Of a stretch of 64,000 bases of DNA, positions 40,020-52,937 are shown one piece after another. The DNA is from Eledone cirrhosa. Lineage: Eukaryota. Positions within the stretch are counted from its first letter, which is position 1, and each line of letters begins with the position of its first letter. The translations under genes and the position numbers were made by a program. The stretch spans positions 187,488,001 through 187,552,000 of the forward strand of contig OZ024743.1 in NCBI GenBank assembly GCA_964016885.1, read 5' to 3'. The notes under the pieces are model-generated. The model had not been told where the DNA came from. It saw only the letters and a program-made list of their open reading frames with translations, and did no database searches.

Positions 40020-43000
40020 ATAGAGAGAGAGTCGATTTCTAACATAGACACAAGACTCTCTCATTGGAATTTACACAACATCAACTAGGTAGATTATGCC
40101 TGCATGCATGTGTAGATATGGATGTTATTGTATGTGTGGATGTGGATGTTTTGAGTTGTATGTGTGCATGTGTATATATTTTGTATCTGTACATGTGTAT
40201 ATGCAGTTATTAGATGCAACATTTTTGGAATGTTTTACATATTTTTACTGTTCCATTAATGGATTGTACTAGTAATTTCCTAACTAGTTGTGTTCTTTCT
40301 GTTCCTGTGAAGCCTAGCTTCTCAAGATTTGTATTGAGGCAGTTACTAACATACCCCAGTGCCCCAATAATCACAGGCATAAATCTGAAGGTGTAATCAG
40401 GGTGGAGTATCTGCAGATTTCTCATCGATTCTGCATAAATATTCTCATTTTCACTAATCTTTGATATTATATTGGCGTCTGCTGGGCAGCTAATTTCCAC
40501 TACTGTGCATGCTTTCTTCTCCCTGTCCCATATCATAATATCTGGTCTGTTATGCCTGAATTTTATTGGGGTTTTTACTGGAACATACCACCAGTACTCT
40601 TTCATATTATGTACATGGATGTCTTCCACATTGTTGTAGCTTTTAATATGTTTATTATCGGGGCTATCTTTTCTACAGATTGCATTGTACAGTGTTTTGG
40701 CCACTACATCATGCCTCATAGGTAGATAGTACTGCGATAACATATTTGGACAGCTGCTGATGACATGGATGACATCTTCGATGTTAATTCTGCCGAGTCT
40801 GCACTTGTTATCACATTTAGTTGTTTTGCCTGCATCTCTATCTCTTTTGTGAATCAGGTATTTCGTGTTAATTTCCTGTTCTTGGATTGCAAAAGCGTAT
40901 CCTTCAAAGTGGGAGCCAATATAGCGGTTGTTGGTCCAAGATAGACTACTTTCCTTATCTATATTACTCTCACTCTGGAGCTTCCTGGCAACATATCCAT
41001 GCATGATTTTTTGCTGATAGGCATGCAGTTTTTCATCCATGGATTCACTGCGATACTGCTGAGCGACATCCCTGGGTGTGAGTTTTTGATTATCACACAG
41101 GGAATATCTCTCAATGAGTTCCTTCCCAACACTCATGATCTTATCTGCAGATAGACTTGCTCGAGAGACGGGCTCCTACGCTTCGAGGTTCGTAGATGTT
41201 GTCAGAGGGATATGATGCGACATTCAAATGCTGTCTGGACTGATGTTAGGCCTCTGCCTCCCTGCTTACGTTTCAAGTAAAGGCAGTTTATGTCACTGTT
41301 GATGTGGAAGCTTCCAGTGTTGTTTAGTATTTTTCGAGTTCTAACATCAACTACTCGGATTTCGTCTATCGTCCAATTGAGTATTCCAAACATTGGTGTT
41401 AGGACAGGCACAGCAAACACATTGTGAGCCACTGTCTTGTTTTGCGCAGAGAGTTCCGATGACCAAATCTTTCTTAATCGGGTGTAGTATTCACTGGTTA
41501 CGCGTTCCTTATTACAGATACCATTATAGGATATGTTCTCATCTATCCCCAGGTATCTGTAGCAGTCCTCATCAGATATCAATGAAACAGTTAGGCCATT
41601 GATGACAATGTTGCTTTTCCCCGCTTTACAGTCATATATGAGCATTTATCTTGGCAAAACTCCATTCCTACATCCTTTGAGAACGTTGTAACCAGGTCAA
41701 GATTTTTCTTCATCCCATCCATGTTCTTGGCATAGAGTTTCAGTTCATCTACAAATAAATTATGGGTTAGGTTCGTATTTCTGTTCTCGTGTGAGCCAAT
41801 GATGTATCCTTCACATTTCTTGAGCAGAAAGGACAAGGGGTTTAATGACAGGATGAATAATATCACAGAGAGACTGTCTCCCTGAAATATACCCCTGCGA
41901 TATTTTATTTTATCAGTGAAAATAGAGTCCTCTCTCTCTGTCTTTAACCTTAGGATAGTAGCCCAAGAAGAAGAGAGCTTGTCTATGGCTCTGATAATAA
42001 TGTCTGGGACTTTAGCAAGTTGGAGGGCCTCTATCATCCAAGAGTGGAGAACAGAATCGAATGCTTTCCTGTAGTCCAGCCAGACTGTAGCCATATTCCT
42101 CCTAAGTTGTTGCACCTCCAATATCGCAGTTTTGTTGATTAGAAGTTGTTCAGCACATCCACAAACCCCTTTCTTTCCAGCTGCTTGTTCATCTGTGATG
42201 ATGTTTTCACAGGGATCTTGAAGGAATAGGTTCAGGCAGGCTGTATACATCTTATACATCAGGTTCTGGCATGGTTGGTAGTTTTTTGCCAAGTGGGTGT
42301 CTTTGTTCTTGGGGAACAGTAATGTTTGTGCTAATTGCAACCATTCTGGTATAAGTGTTGGTAGAAGTCAGTAAGATACCTCTGATAGAATATCAGTTTT
42401 TTGTACCAGTAGCCGACAATCATGTCTCTTCCTGGTATTTTTCTATCACAGTCTCAAGGGTACCCTCACTTATTTCGTATGTTTTTGTTGTAGTGTAGGA
42501 GTAATATTTCTTTCAGATTTCTTTTAGCCACACTGCATCTTGGTTGAAATTCTTCTTTTACCCCATAGTTTTCTCCAAATGGAATCTATGTCTTTCAGGG
42601 ATGGGGCCTAAGTGACACTTATTATGTTGTACTTTATATCTCTATAGACTGATGTTTGGTTTCAAATGAATCTTTTATTAAGCACTTTTCTTTCATCTAC
42701 CTTCTTCATGTATCAGCGTTTTTCACTAACAGCTTTCAATTCTTGTTTGAGGGTGATCAGCTTATATTGAAGAGTTCTGGTTCTACTGTTACCAAACATC
42801 GTCTCTATTTTATTTTTCACTCTTAGTTGGTGAGGAGTGAGGTTTTTTTTGTGTTTGTTTGTCACGTATCCTATGGTTTTTCGTAGGTCAATAATCTTTT
42901 TTTCTATTTTAGTTATATATCATGGTATTTTTGGTGGTGTTTTGTTCTTGTTAATATCTCTGCTATCACCAAGATAATGCTTCACTGTCGTTGCTAACGC

Positions 43001-43250
43001 ATATAAACAGGCGTTGATTTGCCAAAATGTTGGGGTTTTTATCCGTCGTAAATACTCATCCCCTATTTCGTCAATAACACGTAATATTGCATTATTTGTT
43101 TTTTTTAATTAAATATTGTCATTTTAATACGTTCAGCAAGAGAGATATTTATACATGAATTAATTTCTTTCTGGAAGATTTCGTTGAGGGAAATTTTCAA
43201 TTGTTTATACTTTTGATTATTATCATTATTGATAGTATTTTCCACAAATA
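40020..43250 (-). mobile_element. R4/Dong-like non-LTR retrotransposon (RT + restriction-like endonuclease), frameshifted
   Basis: WLDYRKAFDS, GIFQGDSLS, LFVDELKLY, YRYLGI, GGRGL, zinc knuckle CRLG...HVISSC...RHD and RPDIMIWD...VVEISCP (ORFs 40210-42340). The 5' limit is approximate. Confidence 0.92.
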
Positions 43251-43689
43251 GCCGAGGTATACTCGGATGGTACATATGGTGTCAAATTTCTTCGATTATT
43301 ATTATTGATAGTATGAAGAAGTCAAAGAAATTTGTTGGTCTTTAGAATTATTTATTTTGATGTTGTTACTGCTAAGATTTATTCTATGAGACATTGTTTA
43401 CATGGGAGTCTTCAGCCTATTATCTTTCTACTTATTTATGCAGATAAGGCTTTTCTCTCTGGTTTGCTGAAGTAAAACTTCAAGGCGAATACTAATATTT
43501 CATTTTCAGAAACAGTTATCAGACATCTCCTTATTATAAAAACCAGTTCTCCAATTTGATATCTATTGAAAGGGTTTGCAAATCCAGTTTCATTTCATTA
43601 GATGCAAAATTTTCAGATATTATGTTAACATTTCCTTTCAAATCTTTCCTAATCTACATCTAAATCTAAAGCCTGTTTCAAGCATGGTT

Positions 43690-43898
43690 TCTGTGGTGTG
43701 AAGCGGCTGAGAGTACATGATTCCCTCTGGAGAGGCTGCAAGTCCATTGCAGGGATAAAACTCCAGCTATTACTGGTATCCATTTTCAGTTGAGTATTCT
43801 AGAGCAACATGGAATGAAGAGCACAACACACAACCCAGTCCAAGAATTGAACACACAGCATTAGGATTGTAATTTACCACTAGGCCATGTACCTTCAC
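43690..43898 (-). mobile_element. Degenerate tRNA/CORE-like SINE
   Basis: Minus strand TGAAGGTACATGGCCTAGTGG head and GTTCAATTC, similar to 12019-12160. Confidence 0.55.
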
Positions 43899-44629
43899 TA
43901 ATATACATCTGTTTTATATATATTCCATTCATTACTCACAGCCATATATCACTAAGAATGTATTCTTGTTGTTGAGTATCTTGATGAAACAAAACTAGAA
44001 TGAAAATTTTTCCAGTCAGGACCAATTCATCTTATTTTTACAGTGTATTTAAGACATTACCAAGTGTGTTGTTCCCTTTACAAGATGGCAGTGTATGGTG
44101 GCCTCTGATAGGATCCTCTGAAAGGCATGTTTGAAGATTTTGTCTCCACAAACCTTTTGGGAATAAATGCATGATAAAGAAGGAGAAGGAGGATGAGAAT
44201 GAGGGGGAGGAAGTGGATAAAGTGGAGGAGTAGGAAAAGGAGGGAGATGAGGAGGCGGAGGGAGAGGAAGAGGAAGAGGAGGAGAAGGGGAGGAGGGAGA
44301 TGAGGAGGACGATGATGATGATGAGCAGGAGGAGGAGGAGGAGGTCGAGGATGATGATGATGAGGATTTAGAATTAAACTAAAAGCTACTTGTAGCATGC
44401 CAATAGATTCCACAATCTCTCTCTCATTGATTATGTATTCCCATGTTTACTTCTAAGCTGAGTTATTTTAATGTTCAGCTTACATTCTTTGGTCTAATAA
44501 TCTAATATTCTGTTTCCACTTAACATATTGTTTTAATCTGTACTATATTAGTTTTACATTTACATACACATCAATAAATCATCAATAATCAATCACACAT
44601 GCACATTTTTGGACTGGGATTTCTTCATC

Positions 44630-45125
44630 TTCATCATTGTCTTTACATCCATTTTTCCAAACTTATATGAGTTGGACGGGTCCTTTCCAGCACAACATCT
44701 CTCCACTTGTCACGCTTCTTCATCATCTCCTCTGAAAGTCTCAGCAACTTGAGATCAGCTCTCATCACATCTTTCTAGCCTTGGCCTTCCTTGGTTTACC
44801 TCTACTGCAGCTTCCTTCTACTGGGATTTCCTGGTACTTCTTCACCCAGCAATCATCATCAATGAACGTCACATGTTCTTACCAACACAGTCTTCTGTCT
44901 TCCATACCATTTTAGATTAATCATAAATCCAGTTTCTCCCAATGTTCATCCAAGCTCTGCCTTTCTCTCACATTTACATTGCACATCCAACGAAGCATTG
45001 TTGTCTCATCTTTCTAGTCTGCGCATGTCGTCTGCAGTCACTGTCCATGTTTCACAACCATGCAACATCACATTTTGCATACAGTTATCCTTTTGTGCGT
45101 AAGGAGAAACCTTTTGTTATTAACA
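44630..45125 (-). mobile_element. Degenerate RTE LINE (family B-like) 3' fragment
   Basis: Reverse-complement similarity to 38420-38900 (KGFSLRTKG region to tail). Confidence 0.7.
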
Positions 45126-45794
45126 GTAAAATCATTCATTTCATTATTTTAGTTTAAAACGTAATACGCACAGAGAAATTAGAATTGGAATGTGGAAAAA
45201 AAATGAATATATTTAAGGAAAAAAACCTAAGAAATAAAAATTATTTCTTCAACTGGTTCCTTCTAAAATCATGATTTGATGAAATTTTCAGCATTCTTTT
45301 TTTTTTGATGATCACCTATTAGGCCAGCAGATCTTATAATATCATATTTCTGCACATATTTACATACATTACTTCCCAACAACACATAATTTATTAAATT
45401 TAGTGCATGCTTGACATACATTACTACTTCAACAACACATAATTTAGTACATTTAGTGCATGCAAATAACACTGCCATATAATCACAGCCATTAATGTCA
45501 CTGGAAAATTGACCACATTAAACTATTCTATCAAAATCAATGTTGACCAAAATTTAACAAATTAAAATTCATTTGTTCCTCTGTTTTATGTGCAGATAGT
45601 AAATATTGGAAAACAAGAATTTACCAATCAAAATTTAATGTACATATCAAGCATGGCTGTGTGGCGAAAAAGTTTACTTTACAATTACAGGGATCTATGT
45701 TCAATCTCAAAGCATGGCTTTTTGTGCAAGTGTCTTGTATCGTAACAAATACATTAACACACACACACACACACACATATATGCACAAAATAAG

Positions 45795-46115
45795 TGATGC
45801 ATGGTCGAATGGTTAATAATTTCCTTGACAATCATAAAGCCCAGAGTTCAATCCCACTGCATAGCATTTTAAGCAATGGTTACCATAGCCCTGTGTTCAA
45901 CCAAGCCTTATGTATGAAACTAAAGAGACAGAAACAGCATGGAAACTTGTCAATTGGATTTAAATCTATAGGTCTAGCCATATTACATATTGTCTCTTGT
46001 TGAGTTGGCTGTCGAATTGCATTAAGGGTGCATATATCTGTGGAATACTCAACTACTTATCTGTTAATTTAAAAGTTGAACATTCACTTGATTGAGCAGC
46101 TGAATGCTCATCACT
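45795..46115 (+). mobile_element. Degenerate tRNA-derived SINE (family 3)
   Basis: GAGTTCAATCCC B-box; the TGTGGAATACTCA...TTGATTGAGCAGCTG tail is also seen near 2436-2510 and 19733-19810. Confidence 0.5.
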
Positions 46116-46342
46116 GAAGCTATAAAAAATTCATCATGTCAGCAAAGGATGCAAACATCAGAGAGAAACACTATTCCCTACAAAAAGATAAACTCTGAAT
46201 GAAGTATCCGATTAATATTTGTCTACAGAAAACACAGATATTTCCTTATCATTTTACTATTGGAAATTCAGAGATCTAGTAGTTGGCCATTTGGAAAGCT
46301 GAAACCAATGAAATAATTGTTCACCAATCATCAATATCATAA

Positions 46343-46642
46343 TCATCATCATCATCATTTAACGTGCAAGCATGGGTTAGATGAGTCATCCCATTTGAGG
46401 TAAGTTGGGTCAGGTGTCTGTATCTTACTCATATAGGACTATTTTCTGGCTAGGTTTCTATGGCTGGATGCCCTTCCTAATGCCAACCACATTTACAGTG
46501 TATGCTGGGTGATTTTAGCCGGGACTCCTACACAACCACTTTACAGTGTGGGCTGGGTGCTTTTTGACATGACACCTACACGACCACTTTACAGTGTGGG
46601 CTGGGTGCTTTATGACATGACACCTACATGGCCACTTTGTAG
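46343..46642 (-). mobile_element. RTE-tail SINE/UTR module with tandem ~46-bp units
   Basis: (CAT)n, GGATGCCCTTCCTAATGCCAACCAC and repeated CCACTTTACAGTGTGGGCTGGGTGC. Confidence 0.8.
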
Positions 46643-46884
46643 AATTAAAAAATAAATAAAAGTATACAAAAATGAAATAAATGGCTTGATAAGGGCAAAT
46701 AATTCAGGCCAAAAAAATAGCATTTACTCAGACTGAAAGATTAAAACTTACTTCTTTATTTATTTATCTAAAATCTAACCCAGCCAAATTAAACATTTTG
46801 AAATCATCTTTTGATAATGCTGATAAAAACATAACTCACTAGATATCACCTTAAACTAATATCTCCTAATTTTTCTTTTCATAT

Positions 46885-47130
46885 TTACATTACATATATA
46901 TTGTAGTCCAATGTTCATTGGATAGATATTGTGTCAAATGTACATTATGTAGATATGCTGTTCAAATATTCATTACATAGTCACTATGTTGAATGAACAT
47001 TACATAGATGTTTTGTTTTCTCATATTGATACCATGTTCAAATAAACATTACATAGATATTCTGTTTATTACATAGATACAATGTTTAAATGTACATTAC
47101 AGTGAAGTTATGTAAATGGATATTGTGTGA
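46885..47130. repeat. Degenerate minisatellite (TACATTACATAGATA...TGTTCAAA units)
   Basis: Recurrent CATTACATAG and TGTTCAA motifs at ~28-30-bp spacing. Confidence 0.65.
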
Positions 47131-47194
47131 AGGCCCAGGAAATGAATAAACAAATACTGTATGCTGTTCCCAACTAAATCTGATATAGAATATG

Positions 47195-47449
47195 TTAACC
47201 CTTTTGATACCAAGCCACTTGAAATCTCGCTTTTATGTTACAAAATGCCATATATAAAGATATTCATATTTTCATTAAAACCTTCCATCATATTGATTTT
47301 AAATTAATTTTTGTTAAGTGATGTTCCAACTATCAGCATGATATTCATTAAATTTCTCAAAACATTTCTCAAAAAGTTTCATGATTTTCAAAATTAATTG
47401 AAACAAATTGGTAGTGCATTTTATAAAAAATCTGGTAGTGAAAGTGTTA
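47195..47449. mobile_element. TTAA-flanked piggyBac-type MITE, family b
   Basis: TTAACCCTTTTGATACC ... GGTAGTGAAAGTGTTAA. Confidence 0.55.
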
Positions 47450-48136
47450 AATTTTCAATTAGAGGAAAAAAAATCTGTGAAAAATTGATGAATTGCTAGG
47501 TAACAAAACAAGCTACATTTCACTTTTGTACTGACACAGTCGACAGATGAAGCTCAACAGCTTATTTGGAAGTGTTCTTAGAGTGATAGCTTAGGATTAA
47601 AATCAAAATCTTTCTTCATACCACATAGATTATAATCAATGGTACTATAATTACAACTCATGATGAAACTGTGTCATCTTTCTCTCTTTTATAAATTGTG
47701 ATGTTAATGTTAACATCACAATTTATACTGCTTCTCTTCTAAACTCACCAATTCTATGACTGACGTATTTATTTGTATTCAATACATCTACCCTTTATGC
47801 TCAAATTATAACATGTTGCTCTGTTAGTTTCCTTTTTATTCACAACATTTTCCTCAGGATTTTCTTCCTTCAAGATTCCTTTCTCCTTCATAGTTTCTTA
47901 ACTATTAATGTGCAAAGTCTACAAACATTGTACAGGTAGTAAATAATCAGAGCTGGGCTCAGGGCAAGGTAACCACATGGAATAGCTATGGATTGCAGTT
48001 TTGAAAAGCCTGCTCATCCACCAGTTAGTGATAAAGGAAATATAATCACTTATTTCTATAAGCTGTAATTTTTGTTATTATATCCTTTTACCTCGTGTAT
48101 ATTACATATATATATTTAATTATAATTCATATATAT

Positions 48137-48955
48137 ATTGTATATACTCGCATATAAGCTGAGAAATACGAAACAAAAAACTCGATGTTGAAATAGGCGG
48201 GTAGCTTATAATCAAGGTCAATGTTTTAATGAGTCTCACCATCTTCAAATTCTATGTAAATAAGGTGTTAAAATATCTGATTATTTTACACTGGAACATA
48301 TTTCTAACAAATTTTTATAATTTGAATTTTTTAATACATAAATATTATATACACATACATGCACGCACACACACACACACACACATGCTTGTACATGTGC
48401 ACACATATACATGCATGCACACATGTGCCGATTGTTTTTTTCTTTGACTTTTTCTTTCAATTTTACATAAGATTGAAATCTTACTTCTGACTTGTATTTT
48501 AATGCTCTCACTCTCACTCTTGCCCTCCCTTTTTCTTGCTCTGCCTCTCCTTTCTCTTGCTTTCTATCTCCCTCTACCTCTTCTATTGTATCCCTATACA
48601 AAGTTCTCTTATTCAATCGCTTGCTTTCAAGTACTCCTAGCATGTGAACAGCCAGAAGAAAACAAAAATTTGAGAAACTTGTTACAACTTTAGAAAACAG
48701 ATGAAATGGGAAGAAGCATTATGTAATGGAGTTGTGAAACAAAATCTAAACTCTAAATTACACTTAAAACATTTTAAACATAAACATATTAAAACTTTAT
48801 AAATATATTTTATACTCGTGAGAATTTAAAAAATCACACCATCTAAACACAATGTGTTAATTAGCTGCCTCAGCTTATAAATGAGATTTGGATTTTTGGC
48901 CATTTCTCAGACATAAAATAGAAAAGGGGTGTCAGCTTATATTCCATATTTACAG
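48137..48955. mobile_element. Degenerate pogo/Tigger-like non-autonomous element
   Basis: GTATATACTCGCATATAAGCTG start, internal AGCTTATA repeats and CAGCTTATATTCCATATTTACAG end. Confidence 0.45.
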
Positions 48956-49274
48956 AAAACCATTTGTACATGCAATGATTATTAATACACTTAATAAATA
49001 TTTTGAAATGGGACTCTAGAGTTCACATTCTGCTTGGCCCAATTAACAACTGAAAGAATGCCTACATATCATAGTTTTACCTGGGCATATTATCAATTGA
49101 AGGGAAACATACACTTTACATATCTGATAGACGTATTACCAGTTTTATATGTGCTTGGATGCACTTCAATCAATTTTTATTTGCTTTACTTTTATGAACA
49201 CTGTACATTATCATTTACACTTCTATACATCTCCAATGAGGACAAGCTGAAGTATACATCTAGTGAAGCCTTCA

Positions 49275-49629
49275 GCCCACACAACATGGCAAACACCACT
49301 CAGGCCACACTGTAAAGGGGTCATGATGGTGACATGACAAAAAGCACCCAGTCAACTCTGTAAAGTGGTTGTGTTGACGTCATGACAAAAAGCTCCCAGT
49401 ACTCACTGTAAAGTGGTCTTGTAGACATCATAAAAAATAAAGCACCCAATACTCACTGTAAATGAGGTTGCCATTAGGAAGGGTATCCAGCTGCAGAAAC
49501 CAAGCCAAAATCTGTTCTGTACGAGCAAGACATGGTCACCTGACCTGGAATTGCTCACAAGTAGACAACTCGTCTAATCTATGCTAGCTTGGAAAAATGG
49601 ACGTTAAACAGTGATGATGATGATGATGA
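49275..49629 (+). mobile_element. RTE-tail SINE/UTR module with four CTGTAAA units
   Basis: Homologous to 12240-12472; (GAT)n tail. Confidence 0.75.
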
Positions 49630-49751
49630 CATATACCATGTAAATCATAAATGATATTGAAATTTACTTTATAATGTTCATCCATTGTATAGTATTATAT
49701 TACTCCTAGTGTACACCTGGCACTCATTCTCCTTCTCAGATTAGTGGATTA

Positions 49752-50088
49752 AAAATAATTGTTTCTACTTTAGGCACAAGGCCAGCAATTACCCAGTGCA
49801 TTACTGGTACTTTATTTTATCGACCCCGTAAGGATGAAAGGCAAAGTCAACCTCGGCGGGATTTGAACTCAGATCGTAAAGGGACGTAACTATGCTGGAA
49901 AGCATGGTGTCTAAAAATAATTGTTTCTACTTTAGGCACAAGGCCAGCAATTACCCAGTGCATTACTGGTACTTTATTTTATCGACCCCGTAAGGATGAA
50001 AGGCAAAGTCAACCTCGGCGGGATTTGAACTCAGATTGTAAAGGGACGTAACTATGCTGGAAAGCATGGCGTCCGACCCTCTACCGAA
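49752..50088 (-). mobile_element. Tandem dimer of SINE family 2
   Basis: 49752-49910 and 49914-50072 are almost identical. Confidence 0.9.
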
Positions 50089-50339
50089 TGCTTGATTAAT
50101 TTACATTTGTTTGTTCCAACAAATGAAGCTTACAATAAATATAATTCAGAAAAACACTAGATAGATCAACGTTGATATATTCAATGCAGGGAGCACTAGA
50201 AAGTTAACTAGATATGATTATATGATAAGGAACAAATGAAACTAATATATTAATTATTTGAGAAAATATGGGAGAGATTTGAAGATTTTTACATAGACTA
50301 ATTCTACATGAGCAGACCATAGCAGATGTTCAATCCTCC

Positions 50340-50533
50340 TCTTTCTCCTCCTAATCATCTTCATCATCTCAATATCATCAGCATCATCATCATCATTATC
50401 ATCACCCCATCATCATCATCATCAACATCATCATCATCCCCCTCCTCCCCCACCACCACCTGTTCCTCCTCCTCCTCCTCCTCCTCCTCCTCCTCCTCCT
50501 CCCCTCCTCCTCCTTCTCATCATCATCATCATC

Positions 50534-50581
<48 letters not shown>

Positions 50582-50582
50582 C
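50340..50582. repeat. Compound (CAT)/(CCT)/(TAG) microsatellite
   Basis: Visible directly in the sequence. Confidence 0.9.
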
Positions 50583-50669
50583 ACAGCAGCAGTAGCATTT
50601 ATCTAATCTAATTTCATTTTAGATTGTAATATAAAACTTTCACAGCTGTTTTCCAAATATCCTTTATAG

Positions 50670-50850
50670 GGGTTTCTGATTTAAGCACAAGCTCTGGGGA
50701 AGGGAAAGTCGATGAAATCGACCCCAGAGCATTACTGCTACTTTATTTTATCAACCCCGTAAGACTGAAAGACAAAGTGAACCATGGAAGGATTTGAACT
50801 AAGAACATAACGGGCTGTAACTCTATGCCACAAAGCATAGTGTCCGATGC
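50670..50850 (-). mobile_element. Older SINE family 2 variant
   Basis: TTTCTGATTTAAGCACAAG...ATCAACCCCGTAAGACTGAAAGACAAAG...GATTTGAACT. Confidence 0.65.
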
Positions 50851-51914
50851 TATTTTATAATATGAGTCAGAAAGAAGGGATTGTAATTATAATCTTTGAT
50901 GGGCCTTAAGAGTTGATGAGATTGATGCAGTTGATGTTCAGTTTAAATATCTGTAATTTTACATCTGCAAAAAAGAAAAACCAAAAAGGATCGGATGAAA
51001 GGGAATTCTAGAGGGTTGACATTCTAGAGAGGCTAAATTGGGCATAGGAGTAGAAATCTGCAAGGATCATCATGCATGATAATGAAAATATTAGATGCAG
51101 ATAGGTCTGTATAGAGCAAGTGTTTAAATAACTAGTTCAGTGAAGCCGAAGCTGTTGCAGTAGCAACAGAATTGGCAGAATGAAGAGATAGTACATCTGT
51201 GGATTTGAGTTTATTCCAATATTTCAGGTTGGTTGTATGTTGGATTCAATCCATGAAAGATTCATTTCTATCAAATCACGTTTTATATTACCATCCTACT
51301 AATTGTTCTTCAGATGATCAAGTTACCAGATATGTTTGTGTCTAGCCATAGTCATATAGCCATAGTGAATTCTGAGAACACACCAATCCATCCCAACATA
51401 TACAGATGTAGAAACTTGATCTTCATGAACACACAGCTGTTGTAATAGTTTTCATTTGAAAATCTCATTGAGACAGAAAATGCAAGATATATTATCTGAT
51501 ATTTATTTTCATTCTTTTACTAAAATCTATCCTGATTCATTGCATGGTCTGCATTCATGTATATTTATGTGGATGAGTTATGACAAATGATGTGTTACTT
51601 CAGCTGATATTGGAACCCTATCACCACTAGCAAAGAGGTGGAATATATACTGCAAAGAATTTTTTTTATCCAATACTCTAACAATTCCACTAATCCGCCA
51701 GCTTGGACTGATACTTTATTTTTGGACAGGGAATGCATGAAAGATGAAGATGACCTCGGTGGCATATGAACTGAAAGTGTCCAGTTCAAGGACAAATACT
51801 ACAAGACATTCTAAAATCTAGATGATGATCCAATGAAATTGCTAATTGTCTGCCTTATATATATACTAACATTTTTTTCAACACACTGACAGATATGTGT
51901 ATAAGTGTGTGGTG

Positions 51915-52214
51915 TGTGTGTATGTGCATATGCATACATTTATATGTATGAGTATATAATTTAAATGCACAAACACAGACACACTTACAAAAATACAAAA
52001 ATACACACTACATTTAACAAATACACATACATTCACACAAATGCATATATACAAATACATTTACAAAAACACACACATACACATACTCAAACAGTGTAGC
52101 AAACGGAACACCAGCCGATGTTTTGCTGTAGTTTTTTTCACCATCCCCTCCCTTCACACAAACACATTGTGTGACAGACAGACGGATGGAAGTTGCCCAA
52201 ATTTATATATTGAT
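51915..52214 (-). mobile_element. Putative non-autonomous Helitron 5' portion, copy 2
   Basis: Homologous to 25805-26122; minus strand A|TCAATATATAAA...CCGTCTGTCTGTC. Confidence 0.45.
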
Positions 52215-52937
52215 TATCTCATATAACATTAGTCTATTACGTGTTTCAGTCGAGAGGCTGAGGCTATGATGGAGCGCCACCATTGATATTATAGAATATT
52301 TTCATGTCTCACCTGATACACTGTTTCTGCAAGCATGAGTATAACGATAGTCAACGAATGGAATAAAAAGAGCTAAACATAACAAATAAATAAACAATTT
52401 ATAGAAAAAATTGTTATGCAGAATACTGTGTTATACCATCTAAATGGTACTGGAAGAAAAATGATAGTTTATATTCTACAATATTCTAAAACAACACATG
52501 CATATTCCATTAGCAACCATGTCTGTACTTAATGTAAAATTCCAAACAGCTTGTAAACTATGAAACACGTGAAAACAAAGCCATACTTTCTTTCACACAG
52601 AATTACTTCTGCAAAGAATCTGCACCTAAAACTTCATTTACTAGTTTCCTAAACAATAAACAGAATAAATGTAAAATAAAAGAATAAAGAACCACAAAAC
52701 ACTGAATAATGAATGGAAAATAATGAAAAAGTTAATAAACAAATAATAAAAAGATTAATTCATTAGTAATTTTGTTTGCATGGCAGGATATTCATTCAAA
52801 GTTACAATGAAACTTGTTGAATATGTAAGCATATGTATTTTCATGCATGTGTATAAGTATATGTATGTACATATGCATGTATGTATGTATGTATATATGT
52901 ATGTGTGTATATATATGTATGTTTGTATGTATGTCTG

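Noticed and set aside
46490-46640. Repeated ~46-bp units resembling a CRISPR array (also 49300-49470 and 21584-21800)
   Set aside because: Whole units are homologous with no unique spacers, there are no cas genes, and the context is eukaryotic TE sequence.
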